A DNA stretch of 64,000 bases from Candidatus Uhrbacteria bacterium (GCA_030688135.1 JAUYIW010000067.1:23982-87981), one strand, 5' to 3'. Positions 8,655-18,472 are shown, counted from the stretch's first letter. Translations and numbers: made by a program. Notes: generated from the sequence alone by a model not told the origin.

Positions 8655-10022
8655 ATGACCCCTCCAAAAATTGCAATAATAGGTAGAACAAACGTCGGGA
8701 AATCGACGCTTTTTAATCGTTTAGTTGAGGCCCAAAAATCCTTGGTGTCTGAAGTCCCCGGAACTACCAGAGATAGATTTGAAGCAGACTGTATTTGGCG
8801 TGGAAAAGTTGTACGACTTATAGACACTGGTGGACTTGATACAAAAGCATCTGATCAAATTGAGCGCGACATTGCGCTTCAGGCTCGCGCAGCAATCAAG
8901 GAAGCAGATGTAATACTTTTTATTGTTGACGCAATAGCAGGATTGCAAAAAGAAGACAGAGATCTTGCTAAGGAATTAATGAAAACAAAAAAGCCAGTTA
9001 TCGTAGCTGCAAACAAAGCCGATAACGCCAGGATTCGCTCAAGGCTAACCGACAAAGAATGGTTTAACTGGTCACTCGCAACTCCGATGGCAGTTTCTGC
9101 AAAACAAGGAATTGGTGCTGGTGATTTGCTAGATGAAATATTTAATAAGCTAAAAGAGATCGGACTTGAGCCAACAGAAATCTCCGAAATCGCACTTACA
9201 CGTGTGGCTGTTGTTGGACGACCGAACGTTGGCAAGTCTTCCCTACTAAACGCTGCTCTTGGAGAACACAGATTTATAACATCGGAAATAGAACACACAA
9301 CACGCGAACCAAACGATACCTTAATGAGCGTTGACGGTCATGATTACCTTTTTGTAGATACTGCCGGTGTTCGAAAAATGGCGCGCGTAAACGCAGGAAA
9401 TTCAAAACTCGAAAAGTCAGGTGTAGACAAAACACTTCGTGCAGTTCGCAGAGCTGACGTTGCATTGTTTGTAATCGACATCACAAAAAAAATATCTTCG
9501 CAAGACAAACATCTTGCGGGAATGCTAGCAGCAGCTGGAGCAAGTACAATTTTGATCGCAAATAAATGGGACCTTATTCCTGACAAAGACTCAAAAATGA
9601 TTAATGAGTACGAAAGATATCTTCGTGCTATGCTCCCAATGCTCGACTACGCGCCAATATTATTCACGTCTGCCCTAACCGGTCAACGTGTCCAAACGCT
9701 ATTCGATATAATCGATAAAGTTTACCAAAGTCGGTTTACACAACTTACTAAAAATGAAACTCGCGAGTTTATTAGTCGTGCAATTGTGAAACACAAACCA
9801 TCACGAGGAAAAGGTATTGCACACCCTCATATTCGTTACTTTGAACAAGGTAATGTAAACCCGCCAACATTCTTCCTTGGACTAAAACAAGCCCGCAAAG
9901 ATGTTTTGGCAGATTCTTATCTTAGATTTTTAGAAAACCAACTTAGAAAAAGTTTTGATTTTGAAGGTACGCCGATTCGAATTGTAGTAAAATCTCGAAC
10001 TAGAACCGTAGAAGAGAAATAA
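8655..10022 (+). CDS. der: ribosome biogenesis GTPase Der (EngA)
   Basis: two G domains (GRTNVGKS, GRPNVGKS; DTGG, DTAG; NKAD, NKWD) plus KH-like C-terminus. Confidence 0.96.
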   Translation: MTPPKIAIIGRTNVGKSTLFNRLVEAQKSLVSEVPGTTRDRFEADCIWRGKVVRLIDTGGLDTKASDQIERDIALQARAAIKEADVILFIVDAIAGLQKEDRDLAKELMKTKKPVIVAANKADNARIRSRLTDKEWFNWSLATPMAVSAKQGIGAGDLLDEIFNKLKEIGLEPTEISEIALTRVAVVGRPNVGKSSLLNAALGEHRFITSEIEHTTREPNDTLMSVDGHDYLFVDTAGVRKMARVNAGNSKLEKSGVDKTLRAVRRADVALFVIDITKKISSQDKHLAGMLAAAGASTILIANKWDLIPDKDSKMINEYERYLRAMLPMLDYAPILFTSALTGQRVQTLFDIIDKVYQSRFTQLTKNETREFISRAIVKHKPSRGKGIAHPHIRYFEQGNVNPPTFFLGLKQARKDVLADSYLRFLENQLRKSFDFEGTPIRIVVKSRTRTVEEK

Positions 10023-10111
10023 AATACAAACCCTAAATTCTAGACTCTAACCTCTAAATAAATCCAAAATTCAAATTTATTTAGGATTTCTGTTTCGAGC
10101 TTAAAATTTAT

Positions 10112-10240
10112 ATGACCCTACTGATAACTGGTCTTGGAAACCCAGGCAAAAAATATCAAAGCACACGCCACAAACCACCCCAAACCCATCCTGAGGAGCA
10201 CTGCATTTCAACGACGAAGGATCTTTTGCAAAAAATATGA
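10112..10240 (+). pseudogene. duplicated 5' fragment of pth (MTLLITGLGNPGKKYQSTRH) fused to repeat-derived tail
   Basis: translates to a second Pth N-terminus; shares 24 identical nt with 10275-10298; TGA overlaps pth ATG. Confidence 0.75.
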
Positions 10241-10803
10241 CAAAACTTATTGTAGGATTAGGTAATCCCGGCTCAAAATATCAAAGCACACGCCACAATC
10301 TAGGCTTTATGATACTCGACCGCTTGGCTGAAAAGCTCAATGCTAGCTGGAGCGAGGATTTAAAAACATTGGCCGATGTCGCTGAACTTAATCTTGACGG
10401 TGTTAAGGTAATTTTAGCAAAGCCAATGACGTACATGAATAAGTCTGGCGAAGCTGTTGGTGCGCTAGCGCGGAAGTTTAAAGTTGAGTCTGGTGATGTC
10501 TGGGTAGCGCATGATGATGTTGACCTTCCATTTGGTCGATTGCGCGTTCGGCTTGATGGTTCTGCCGGCGGGCACAAAGGGGTTCAAAGTGTAATTGATA
10601 GTCTTCAAGCTAATGATTTTGTACGTTTAAAAGTTGGAGTTGGCGGAACACCTGAAAAAATGGCACTTGAAGATTGGGTGCTCTCAAAGTTCACAAAAGA
10701 AGAGCTCGATGTGTTAGAAGGATTAGTGGAGCAAGTAACAAATAAAATAATAGACGCGATTAAGTCTGGAAGTTTAGAAAATATAACCGAGAACCTTGAG
10801 TAA
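10237..10803 (+). CDS. pth: peptidyl-tRNA hydrolase
   Basis: GLGNPG, TRHNLGF, YMNKSG, HDDVDLP, GSAGGHKG. Confidence 0.96.
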   Translation: MTKLIVGLGNPGSKYQSTRHNLGFMILDRLAEKLNASWSEDLKTLADVAELNLDGVKVILAKPMTYMNKSGEAVGALARKFKVESGDVWVAHDDVDLPFGRLRVRLDGSAGGHKGVQSVIDSLQANDFVRLKVGVGGTPEKMALEDWVLSKFTKEELDVLEGLVEQVTNKIIDAIKSGSLENITENLE

Positions 10804-11072
10804 GGGCAGGCCAGCATGTCTGCCCTTTTGGTTAATTCACTGCACCATTTCTACGACGGCGTTTGTCGGGAGGAGAAATCTTTTTTTCTTGTCATCCTGA
10901 CCCTAAGCGAGCCGTAGGCGAGTCGAAGGGGAAGAATCTTTCACTGACAGAATGCGGACTTTTAAGAATGTAAGTTTATTGGGTCACCTTGCTATAAATG
11001 CATATTTGACTCAGTCGGCAGAAAAATACTGTACTCCGGCTACCAATTTTAGCTAATCTCAGCCAAGTGGAC

Positions 11073-11101
11073 TTGACAAAAGTGGTTATTTATGATATAT
11101 T
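11073..11101 (+). promoter_or_regulatory. sigma70-type promoter (28/29 identical to 12048-12076 in inverted orientation)
   Basis: TTGACAAAAGTGGTTATTTATGATATATT. Confidence 0.7.
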
Positions 11102-11166
11102 ATTAAGTTCCAAAAATGGCCAAACCGTGGCCAGCAACCTTTCAACCCAAAAAAATGGAGGCCAAA

Positions 11167-11616
11167 ATGGCCACCGAAGACGCACACGAATTCATGTTGA
11201 ACCTGGTAGCAGATCAGGCAACCCGAATGGCTATCCTGGCTGCGGGCGGCACGATCGAGCCCAAGGAGTACTATGGAGCAGAGTACCACCACGTAGTGCT
11301 CCCGATGGAAAGCCTGCTCGAGGAGCGAATCCTATATGGAGATGGCCCCATGCGCTACGTCGGCCTCTGCAAGCTGATTGACGGCCAGTGGATCAAGGTC
11401 GCCCCCGCCAATCGCGAGTCGCTCGACCAAATCGGACAGATCGCCCTTTGCGATCTGGACGAAGAGATCCAGCTGTGGACCGATCGCCGTGAGCGACTGC
11501 GCAGAGCCGGAGTCCACATACGCCCAGACTGGGCGGTAGGACTCGCTCCGCATCCGGACTTCCCCGACCCCAGGGGCACAATCCCCGGAGTCAGGCCGGC
11601 TTGCCTCGAATCCTGA
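11167..11616 (+). CDS. GC-rich hypothetical protein
   Basis: ORF with SD GGAGG before ATG 11167, own promoter and terminator. Confidence 0.65.
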   Translation: MATEDAHEFMLNLVADQATRMAILAAGGTIEPKEYYGAEYHHVVLPMESLLEERILYGDGPMRYVGLCKLIDGQWIKVAPANRESLDQIGQIALCDLDEEIQLWTDRRERLRRAGVHIRPDWAVGLAPHPDFPDPRGTIPGVRPACLES

Positions 11617-11624
11617 TCGGCACT

Positions 11625-11700
11625 GACCCCCGAGTGACGCAAGTCATTCGGGGGTCGTTCTTTTTTATATGAAAACCGCCCACACAAAAGTGCAGGCGGT
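11625..11700. terminator. two back-to-back terminator hairpins between convergent genes
   Basis: GACCCCCGAGTGAC-GCAA-GTCATTCGGGGGTC + T tract; AAAACCGCC...GGCGGT for the minus strand. Confidence 0.65.
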
Positions 11701-11726
11701 GTCGGGCAGGATGCCCTAGTGCCGAA

Positions 11727-12017
11727 CTATCCGGCGAGTTGCTCGAGAATCCGCTCGAGCTCGGGTTCGGCCGTCAAGTTAGTCGAGTAGACCACACCGT
11801 CCTCAGTAAGTACGTAGTACCCAACGAGACCGGCGCGAACCGCTATCACCTTGTTGGCAATGGTCGACCAGCCTTGAGTGGTCTCGAGATGACCGCCATC
11901 CTGCCATCCCATGAGTCCACCCCCAACTGCGTAGCAGTCAAAAACGTGGCCGACGGATGCGATTGAGAAAACCGACGCCACAAATGCGGCAAAAAAGATC
12001 TGGATCCAGCTTCTCAT
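11727..12017 (-). CDS. small secreted/membrane-anchored hypothetical protein
   Basis: 96 aa, hydrophobic N-terminus, SD AAGGAG, own promoter. Confidence 0.6.
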   Translation of the reverse strand: MRSWIQIFFAAFVASVFSIASVGHVFDCYAVGGGLMGWQDGGHLETTQGWSTIANKVIAVRAGLVGYYVLTEDGVVYSTNLTAEPELERILEQLAG

Positions 12018-12047
12018 TTTGTCTCCTTTTATGTTTCAAGACAAATG

Positions 12048-12076
12048 AATATATCACAAATAACCACTTTTGTCAA
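12048..12076 (-). promoter_or_regulatory. sigma70-type promoter (copy of 11073-11101)
   Basis: minus strand TTGACAAAAGTGGTTATTTGTGATATATT. Confidence 0.7.
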
Positions 12077-12499
12077 CCTCAAATCCCTAATTCCTATGAC
12101 TAATAACCTACCGGACAACCACATTTTGTTGCCCTACACGTTTTATAATCTCTAAATCCCAAATATATGCTAAAATGCTCTAAACCTCTCCGTTTGTCGT
12201 TTAACCCCTCTTTAACCCCTTAGCAACCTGAATAACCTCCCTCAAATGCCCCAAAATTCAGACCTCAAATGCTGACTAGTAACGAGCGTTTAACTATACT
12301 TATCAACCAATAATTTACTCTTTGTCGCCTTTCTGAGCACGCCCGGATTTGGTCGGGCAGGAGGCAGGAATAGCATTTTTAACCCTTGCATAACTTTTAT
12401 TAAAACCTGAAATATAGAATACAAGGCGTCCAAAATGCCCTGACGTATACCTGACCTAATGCCGGGCAGGCGCAGGATGGAGAAGTAAACAATTAGAAT

Positions 12500-13576
12500 A
12501 TGTCTTCCGACCTCAAATACTGGCTTGCGCTGAATGTGTACCCAAAATTCGGTCCAAAATCATTGGCCCGACTTTTTAACTATTTCGATTCAATGGAAGA
12601 GGCATTTTCTGCGCCATTAAGCGAAATCAAGCAAGCTGGCATTCCAGAAAAAATAGCTCAAGGCTTCACCGAAATGCGCGAAAATATAAATCCTAACGCC
12701 ACCCTTGCCGAGCTTGAACAACACGGCTTTAACGCAATCACGCTTGCCGACCCAAACTATCCTGCTCACCTTAAACAAATTTACGACCCACCGGCTGTTA
12801 TAAATATTTGGGGTACGCTTCCCTCTTCTGAAATCGCTCATCTTGCAGTTGTAGGATCTCGCCAAGCAACTCCGTACGGCCTTAGAGTTACGCGCGGTTT
12901 AATAGAAGAAGTTGCAGAAGCGGGCGTTGTGATTGTAAGTGGTCTAGCATATGGAATCGATGAAGTAGCTCACCTTGCAACAGTAAATGTTCGTGGACTT
13001 ACCGTGGCAGTTCTCGCGTCTGGCCTTTTAAGCATTAACGGCCGACAAAAAGCAATAGCACAAAAAATTGTACAAACTGGCGGAGCGGTCATTAGTGAAT
13101 TCTCGTTAAATGCCCCAGGCCAAAAACAAAACTTCCCTTTTCGAAACCGTGTTATAAGTGGAATGTGCCAAGGTACGCTAGTTGTGGAAGCTGCAGAAAA
13201 ATCTGGTTCGCTTATTACTGCACGCACAGCAATGGAACAAAACCGCGAGGTTTTCGCAATCCCCGGTCCAATAACGTCGCCAACTTCGTACGGCACAAAT
13301 AATCTAATAAAATTTGGCGCCACACCGGTAACTTGCGCAGAAGATATTTTAGATGGTCTTAATATTGAATCGCGCCCTAATGCAAAGCCTAAACCAAAAC
13401 CAGCCTCAACCGAAGAAGCATTAATTATAGAAACTCTTTCCAAGCAACCAGTACACATCGATAACATTACGCGAATTACTAAACTCCCACCTAATAAAGT
13501 TAGCAGTACGCTCTCACTCATGGAAATAAAAGGCAGGGCTCGCCATGTTGGGGGGAGATACTATATACTAGTTTGA
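12500..13576 (+). CDS. dprA: DNA-processing protein DprA
   Basis: AVVGSR, IVSGLAYGID, FPFRNRVISG, VEAAEKSGSLITA, C-terminal winged helix. Confidence 0.96.
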   Translation: MSSDLKYWLALNVYPKFGPKSLARLFNYFDSMEEAFSAPLSEIKQAGIPEKIAQGFTEMRENINPNATLAELEQHGFNAITLADPNYPAHLKQIYDPPAVINIWGTLPSSEIAHLAVVGSRQATPYGLRVTRGLIEEVAEAGVVIVSGLAYGIDEVAHLATVNVRGLTVAVLASGLLSINGRQKAIAQKIVQTGGAVISEFSLNAPGQKQNFPFRNRVISGMCQGTLVVEAAEKSGSLITARTAMEQNREVFAIPGPITSPTSYGTNNLIKFGATPVTCAEDILDGLNIESRPNAKPKPKPASTEEALIIETLSKQPVHIDNITRITKLPPNKVSSTLSLMEIKGRARHVGGRYYILV

Positions 13577-13652
13577 CAAGAAGCTCGAAATCCTAAAATC
13601 TAAATCCTAAATAAACTCAAAATCCAATCTGCAAAATTTGAATTTTCGATCT

Positions 13653-14930
13653 ATGCCAAATTTCAAAATAGCATACGACTCTCTGCTCAGTCTTTCAAAC
13701 CTTCAACTAAGGCAATATTCAGATTCAAAAATAGAACTTAAGCGATCGCTTGCTAGAACAAAGACATTACTAAAATTACTTGGAAGTCCCGAAGAGAAAC
13801 TTAAATTTGTTCACATTACAGGAACAAGTGGTAAAGGATCCGTTGCAAATATGATGCATCAAATTCTTGTAGCAGATGATCGCAAAGTTGGAACGTACAC
13901 CTCGCCACATTTAACAAGTTACCTTGAGCGATTTCAGATTAACGACAAATTCATCGACCCAGAACTACTAGCCAGATGTATTCTCGATGTTATTAATGCT
14001 TACTCGCGCCTCCTTGGTAAAGGTGAAAGCGAATTATCATTTTTTGAACTCTCTACCGTTTTAGCTCTTTATGCGTTTCATGAAGCCGGTTGCAAATGGT
14101 GCGTATTGGAAGTTGGATGTGGCGGTCGATACGACGCAACAAATATAATCCCAACGCCAAAGATTGCAATAATTACAAACGTGGATAAAGACCACACAGA
14201 AATACTAGGTGATTCACTTTCAAAAATTGCTTACGAAAAAGCTGGCATAATAAAAAATAAAGGCTTTGTTCTTTGTGGAGAATCAAGGCCTGCGCTACGT
14301 AAGATTTTCATGAAAGAAGCAATCCAAACTCAAGCAGCATTATTTTTTATCAATCAACCTACTTCTGAAATTATAGATGGTAAGTTCGGTCTACATCAGC
14401 AACACAATGCCGCGCTTGCCGAACGCGCTGCCTTTGAGCTTGGAGTTGACCCTCATGTGATAGCGTCCACGCTTAAGAACTTCAAAAAACCAGCATGCAG
14501 ATTTGAAACAGTTCAAAATAATCCTTTGTTAATTCTTGACGGCGCTCATAGCCCGGCAAAAATTAAAGCCGCAGTACGAATGATCAAAAAACTAAATCAA
14601 CCAGTGCATATTTTATTTGGTTGTACTGCTACAAAAGATGCACAAGAATTGATAGATCAACTAAATGAAGTTGCAAAAACAATAACAACAACACGATTTA
14701 CAACAACATTCCGAAAGGCTTCAAATCCGGCACGGCTTCTTTCTTTTGTACAAAAAAGTAAACGGGCTGGATTTTTTCTAGATCCGCAAGAAGCGCTAGA
14801 GCACATTAGGAAACTCACAAAAAATGGTGAGGCTATTGTTGTAACCGGTTCACTTTATCTTGCCGGAGAGCTCAGAGCCGAGTGGGTTTCTGAATCTGAG
14901 ATCTTAAAAAAACGATCAAATAGCTTGTAA
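13653..14930 (+). CDS. folC: folylpolyglutamate synthase/dihydrofolate synthase
   Basis: HITGTSGKGS, YTSPHL, EVGCGGRYDATN, LDGAHS, VTGSLYL. Confidence 0.92.
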   Translation: MPNFKIAYDSLLSLSNLQLRQYSDSKIELKRSLARTKTLLKLLGSPEEKLKFVHITGTSGKGSVANMMHQILVADDRKVGTYTSPHLTSYLERFQINDKFIDPELLARCILDVINAYSRLLGKGESELSFFELSTVLALYAFHEAGCKWCVLEVGCGGRYDATNIIPTPKIAIITNVDKDHTEILGDSLSKIAYEKAGIIKNKGFVLCGESRPALRKIFMKEAIQTQAALFFINQPTSEIIDGKFGLHQQHNAALAERAAFELGVDPHVIASTLKNFKKPACRFETVQNNPLLILDGAHSPAKIKAAVRMIKKLNQPVHILFGCTATKDAQELIDQLNEVAKTITTTRFTTTFRKASNPARLLSFVQKSKRAGFFLDPQEALEHIRKLTKNGEAIVVTGSLYLAGELRAEWVSESEILKKRSNSL

Positions 14931-15026
14931 TCATAAGCGAACGCAATAATAAGTAAAATGCTCCCGACCAACGCGGGAGTATTGTTTTTTACATCCTCGA
15001 ATGTGTATTGATTTATATTGTGTCCA

Positions 15027-15914
15027 CGCAACCCTAAGGGTTGCGGTTGCGAATCACAATGTTATCAACACTTGACTTACTTGCTAAAAAATGCTAAAAA
15101 TAAAGTACTCCCCATTACTGCGGGAGTTTTATTTATGCATTCTCGCATATGCAACCCTAAGGGTTGCATGCATACAACATACAAGAATATGCGAGAGCTT
15201 TCGTTCTACAATTCCGGTTTTTTCCACGTCTATAACCGAGGTGTTGATAAACGAGATACCTTTCTGAAAAAGATCGACTGGTTACGTTTTCTACAAATGA
15301 TGGTGTCCGTTAATGACTCAGGAAATAAACGAAAGCGATTTCCTTTGAGAGACAAAACGAACATAGTGCAGAGTGACGAACCTTACGTGCAAATACACTG
15401 CTATACGCTTATGCCAAATCATTTTCATATCTTGTTGGAGCAGCTTGTTGAAGATGGAATTTCAAAATTTATGGGTAGATTATCTAATGGCTATACAAAG
15501 TATTTCAATAAACGTAATAAACGCTCTGGTAGTCTATTCGAAAGTACATTTAAGGCAAGAGAAATCTGTGGTACTGCTGACCTTATTAATATATCCAGAT
15601 ATATTCATCTAAACCCACTTAGCGTGATTAGACCGAAATGGAAAATACAAGGAATCGTCAACTGGCACGATACATTGAATTTTTTAGAACAGTATCCATG
15701 GTCTAGCTACCAGTCATACATGGACATAAATAAGCAACCGTTTGTCGAATCAGATAGAATTATGAGCTGCTTTTCAGGTGCACAAGACTATAAGCAGTTT
15801 ATGCAAGAGTGGACCCCCACAGACCCCAGAGACTTTGTGCAACCCTAAGGGTTGCACAACAGAAAACCAATCTTTACTGGTTAGTCATAGTGCGTGCAAC
15901 CCTTAGGGTTGCAC
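15027..15914. repeat. four REP palindromes GCAACCC-TAA-GGGTTGC (15027-15045, 15149-15169, 15835-15859, 15894-15914)
   Basis: identical core hairpin, two on each side of the transposase; last copy inverted. Confidence 0.9.
15189..15848 (+). CDS. REP-associated tyrosine (HUH/Y1) transposase, RAYT
   Basis: FHVYNRG, LMPNHFH (HUH), YFNKR..RSGSLF, RYIHLNP, YPWSSY; stop codon lies inside a REP. Confidence 0.9.
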   Translation: MRELSFYNSGFFHVYNRGVDKRDTFLKKIDWLRFLQMMVSVNDSGNKRKRFPLRDKTNIVQSDEPYVQIHCYTLMPNHFHILLEQLVEDGISKFMGRLSNGYTKYFNKRNKRSGSLFESTFKAREICGTADLINISRYIHLNPLSVIRPKWKIQGIVNWHDTLNFLEQYPWSSYQSYMDINKQPFVESDRIMSCFSGAQDYKQFMQEWTPTDPRDFVQP

Positions 15915-16127
15915 ATGAATGTTGCACTTGCTTAACGATGAGTATATATTTGACAACTTGCACCTATATACTGCATTATGCCCCGTAGAGAAACTTCGAA
16001 GTTCTTCTACGGGGTATGTGGGCATTGTCTCAGAAGTCTGAAAGTCTAAAGTCTGAAAGTCCCCAGTCCCCCGACCACTCCTGTTCCATCGTCAACGATC
16101 AATAGTCAATAGTTTCGCAATCCGCTT

Positions 16128-18407
16128 ATGACCAAACTACTCATTGTAGAGTCTCCAACAAAGGCCAAGACAATTAAGAAATTCCTCGGTAGTGAATACG
16201 AGGTTATTTCGTCTTATGGTCATATTCGTGATTTGCCCAAAAAAGAAATGGGAGTAGATATGGAGCATGGTTTTGCTCCTCAGTATGTTGTGCCAGACGA
16301 TAAGAAACAACGTGTAAACGATCTCAAGCGCGCTGCAAAAACAGCAGATGAAATCTATCTGGCTACTGACGAAGACCGCGAAGGAGAAGCGATCGCATGG
16401 CATATTGCCGAGGTTCTTAAAATCGATCCAAAAAATGCTAAGAGAATTACTTTTCACGAAATTACAAAGCACGCAATCGAAGCAGCTCTAAAGGATGCTC
16501 GCAAACTCTCAATGGACCTAATAGACGCTCAGCAAGCAAGACGTATTCTTGATCGTCTTGTTGGTTATGAGCTTTCACCATTTTTGTGGAAAAAAGTTCG
16601 TCGTGGACTTTCTGCAGGCCGTGTTCAGTCTGTTGCAATTCGCATTATTGTTGATCGCGAACGCGAACGTCAAGCATTTAAAACCGATGAGTATTGGACT
16701 ATTGATGGTGAGTTTAAAAAAGATAGTGAAGCATTCGAAGGCAAGCTGTCTCAAATCGACGGAAAGAAACTTAAAAAACTTGCCATTAAAAATCAAGCGG
16801 AAGCTGCAAAAATTGTTGACGACCTAAAAGATGCTGAATATAAGATCGCATCAGTTGAAAAAAAGCACGCAAGCAAAAAACCGCCAACGCCTATTACAAC
16901 ATCAACACTGCAACAAGAAGCAAACAACAAACTCGGATATGGCGCAAAGCAAACAATGACCATTGCGCAAAAACTGTACGAAACCGGTCGCATTACTTAC
17001 ATGCGAACCGACTCGTTAAACTTGGCTGAAAAATTCTTGGCTGAGGCTCAAGATTTTATTTCATCAAACTATGGACCGGATTATGCCAAGGGCTCACAAA
17101 CTTATAAAACAAATAAAAAAGGAGCGCAAGAAGCTCATGAAGCAATAAGACCTACCGACCCTTCTGCAACTCCTGAGTCACTAAAAGGTACAATTGAAGT
17201 TGGTCAGTGGAAACTTTACAACTTGATTTGGCGTCGCACGATGGCAAGTCAAATGCCTGCAGCAAAACTTGAACGCACAGGAATTGATATTAATGCAAAA
17301 AACTATACCTTCCGAGCAAGTGGAAGCATTATTGTTTTCGATGGTTTTATGAAGATTTACAGAAGTGCCAAAGAAAAGTTATTACCAGCTCTTACCGAAG
17401 GCGACAGTGTTGAAGCACAAAAAATAAATCCAGTTCAGCATTTTACAGAACCGCCTGCAAGATATTCTGACGCAACGTTGGTTAAAACTCTTGAGGAACA
17501 TGAAATCGGCAGACCTTCAACATACGCTCCAACAATTCACACAATTATTTCACGCGGTTATATTGACAGGGATGACAATAAAAAACTATACCCTCTCGAT
17601 ATTGCAATGATTGTAAACGATCTTTTAGTTGAGCATTTTGAAAACATTGTAAACTTAGATTTTACAGCTAAGATGGAAAGAACGCTTGACGAAATAGCTG
17701 AAGGAAAAGTCGAATGGGTTCCAATGCTTGAAGCCTTTTACGTACCATTTCATAAAAATCTGGAAGAAAAATCTGGTTCTTTAACGCGCGACGATGTTAT
17801 GCCTGCGCGTGAGCTTGGCAAAGATCCAAAAACTGGAAAAATGATTTTTGTTCGCTCGGGAAGATTTGGTCCATATATTCAACTTGGTGACTGGAGTGAA
17901 GAAGATAGGAAAGAAAAAATCAATAAACCGAAAATGGTTTCTCTTACAAAAGAAATGAACCATGAAACCGTAACATTCGAAGACTCGCTTGAACTATTAA
18001 AACTTCCGCGTACGGTTGGCGCAATGCCTGATGGAGAAAAAATTACAGCGCAAATTGGACCATACGGACCATACCTAAAAGCAGGCAAAACCAATGCGTC
18101 AATTCCCGAAGGTGAAGACCTACTTACGGTTAGTGAAGAACGAGCGCGGGAAATCATTAAAGAGTCAGCTGAACTTAAAAAGCAACGCGACACTCCACTT
18201 GCTGAACTTGGAAAAGATCCAAACTCAAACGGAGATATAGTAATTAAAACCGGACGATACGGACCATACGTTACCGATGGTAAAACAAATGTATCTATAA
18301 AAAAAGATGTTGAGCCAAGCTCGATTACCTCTGAAGTGGCAATCGAAATGCTAGAGAATAAAAGAAAAAACCCAGGCAGAGGACGTTGGGGAAAAAAGAA
18401 AGAGTAA
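16128..18407 (+). CDS. topA: DNA topoisomerase I with Topo_C repeats
   Basis: IVESPTKA, ATDEDREGE, SAGRVQS, ITYMRTD, GRPSTY; C-terminal GRFGPY/GPYGPY/GRYGPY repeats. Confidence 0.97.
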   Translation: MTKLLIVESPTKAKTIKKFLGSEYEVISSYGHIRDLPKKEMGVDMEHGFAPQYVVPDDKKQRVNDLKRAAKTADEIYLATDEDREGEAIAWHIAEVLKIDPKNAKRITFHEITKHAIEAALKDARKLSMDLIDAQQARRILDRLVGYELSPFLWKKVRRGLSAGRVQSVAIRIIVDRERERQAFKTDEYWTIDGEFKKDSEAFEGKLSQIDGKKLKKLAIKNQAEAAKIVDDLKDAEYKIASVEKKHASKKPPTPITTSTLQQEANNKLGYGAKQTMTIAQKLYETGRITYMRTDSLNLAEKFLAEAQDFISSNYGPDYAKGSQTYKTNKKGAQEAHEAIRPTDPSATPESLKGTIEVGQWKLYNLIWRRTMASQMPAAKLERTGIDINAKNYTFRASGSIIVFDGFMKIYRSAKEKLLPALTEGDSVEAQKINPVQHFTEPPARYSDATLVKTLEEHEIGRPSTYAPTIHTIISRGYIDRDDNKKLYPLDIAMIVNDLLVEHFENIVNLDFTAKMERTLDEIAEGKVEWVPMLEAFYVPFHKNLEEKSGSLTRDDVMPARELGKDPKTGKMIFVRSGRFGPYIQLGDWSEEDRKEKINKPKMVSLTKEMNHETVTFEDSLELLKLPRTVGAMPDGEKITAQIGPYGPYLKAGKTNASIPEGEDLLTVSEERAREIIKESAELKKQRDTPLAELGKDPNSNGDIVIKTGRYGPYVTDGKTNVSIKKDVEPSSITSEVAIEMLENKRKNPGRGRWGKKKE

Positions 18408-18410
18408 AAG

Positions 18411-18448
18411 AATAAACCGCCAATTTTACTTGGCGGTTTATTCTTATT
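18411..18448 (+). terminator. intrinsic terminator of topA
   Basis: AATAAACCGCCAA...TTGGCGGTTTATT. Confidence 0.7.
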
Positions 18449-18472
18449 TTTTACCCGGTGGTTTATAATTTG

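Noticed and set aside
11500-11616. C-terminal GVRPA suggesting a third DGR target
   Set aside because: Tail has many A-ending codons and no NNY/Trp pattern
15018-15188. Longer RAYT N-terminus from the ORF track
   Set aside because: Overlaps two REPs; conserved sequence begins near ATG 15189
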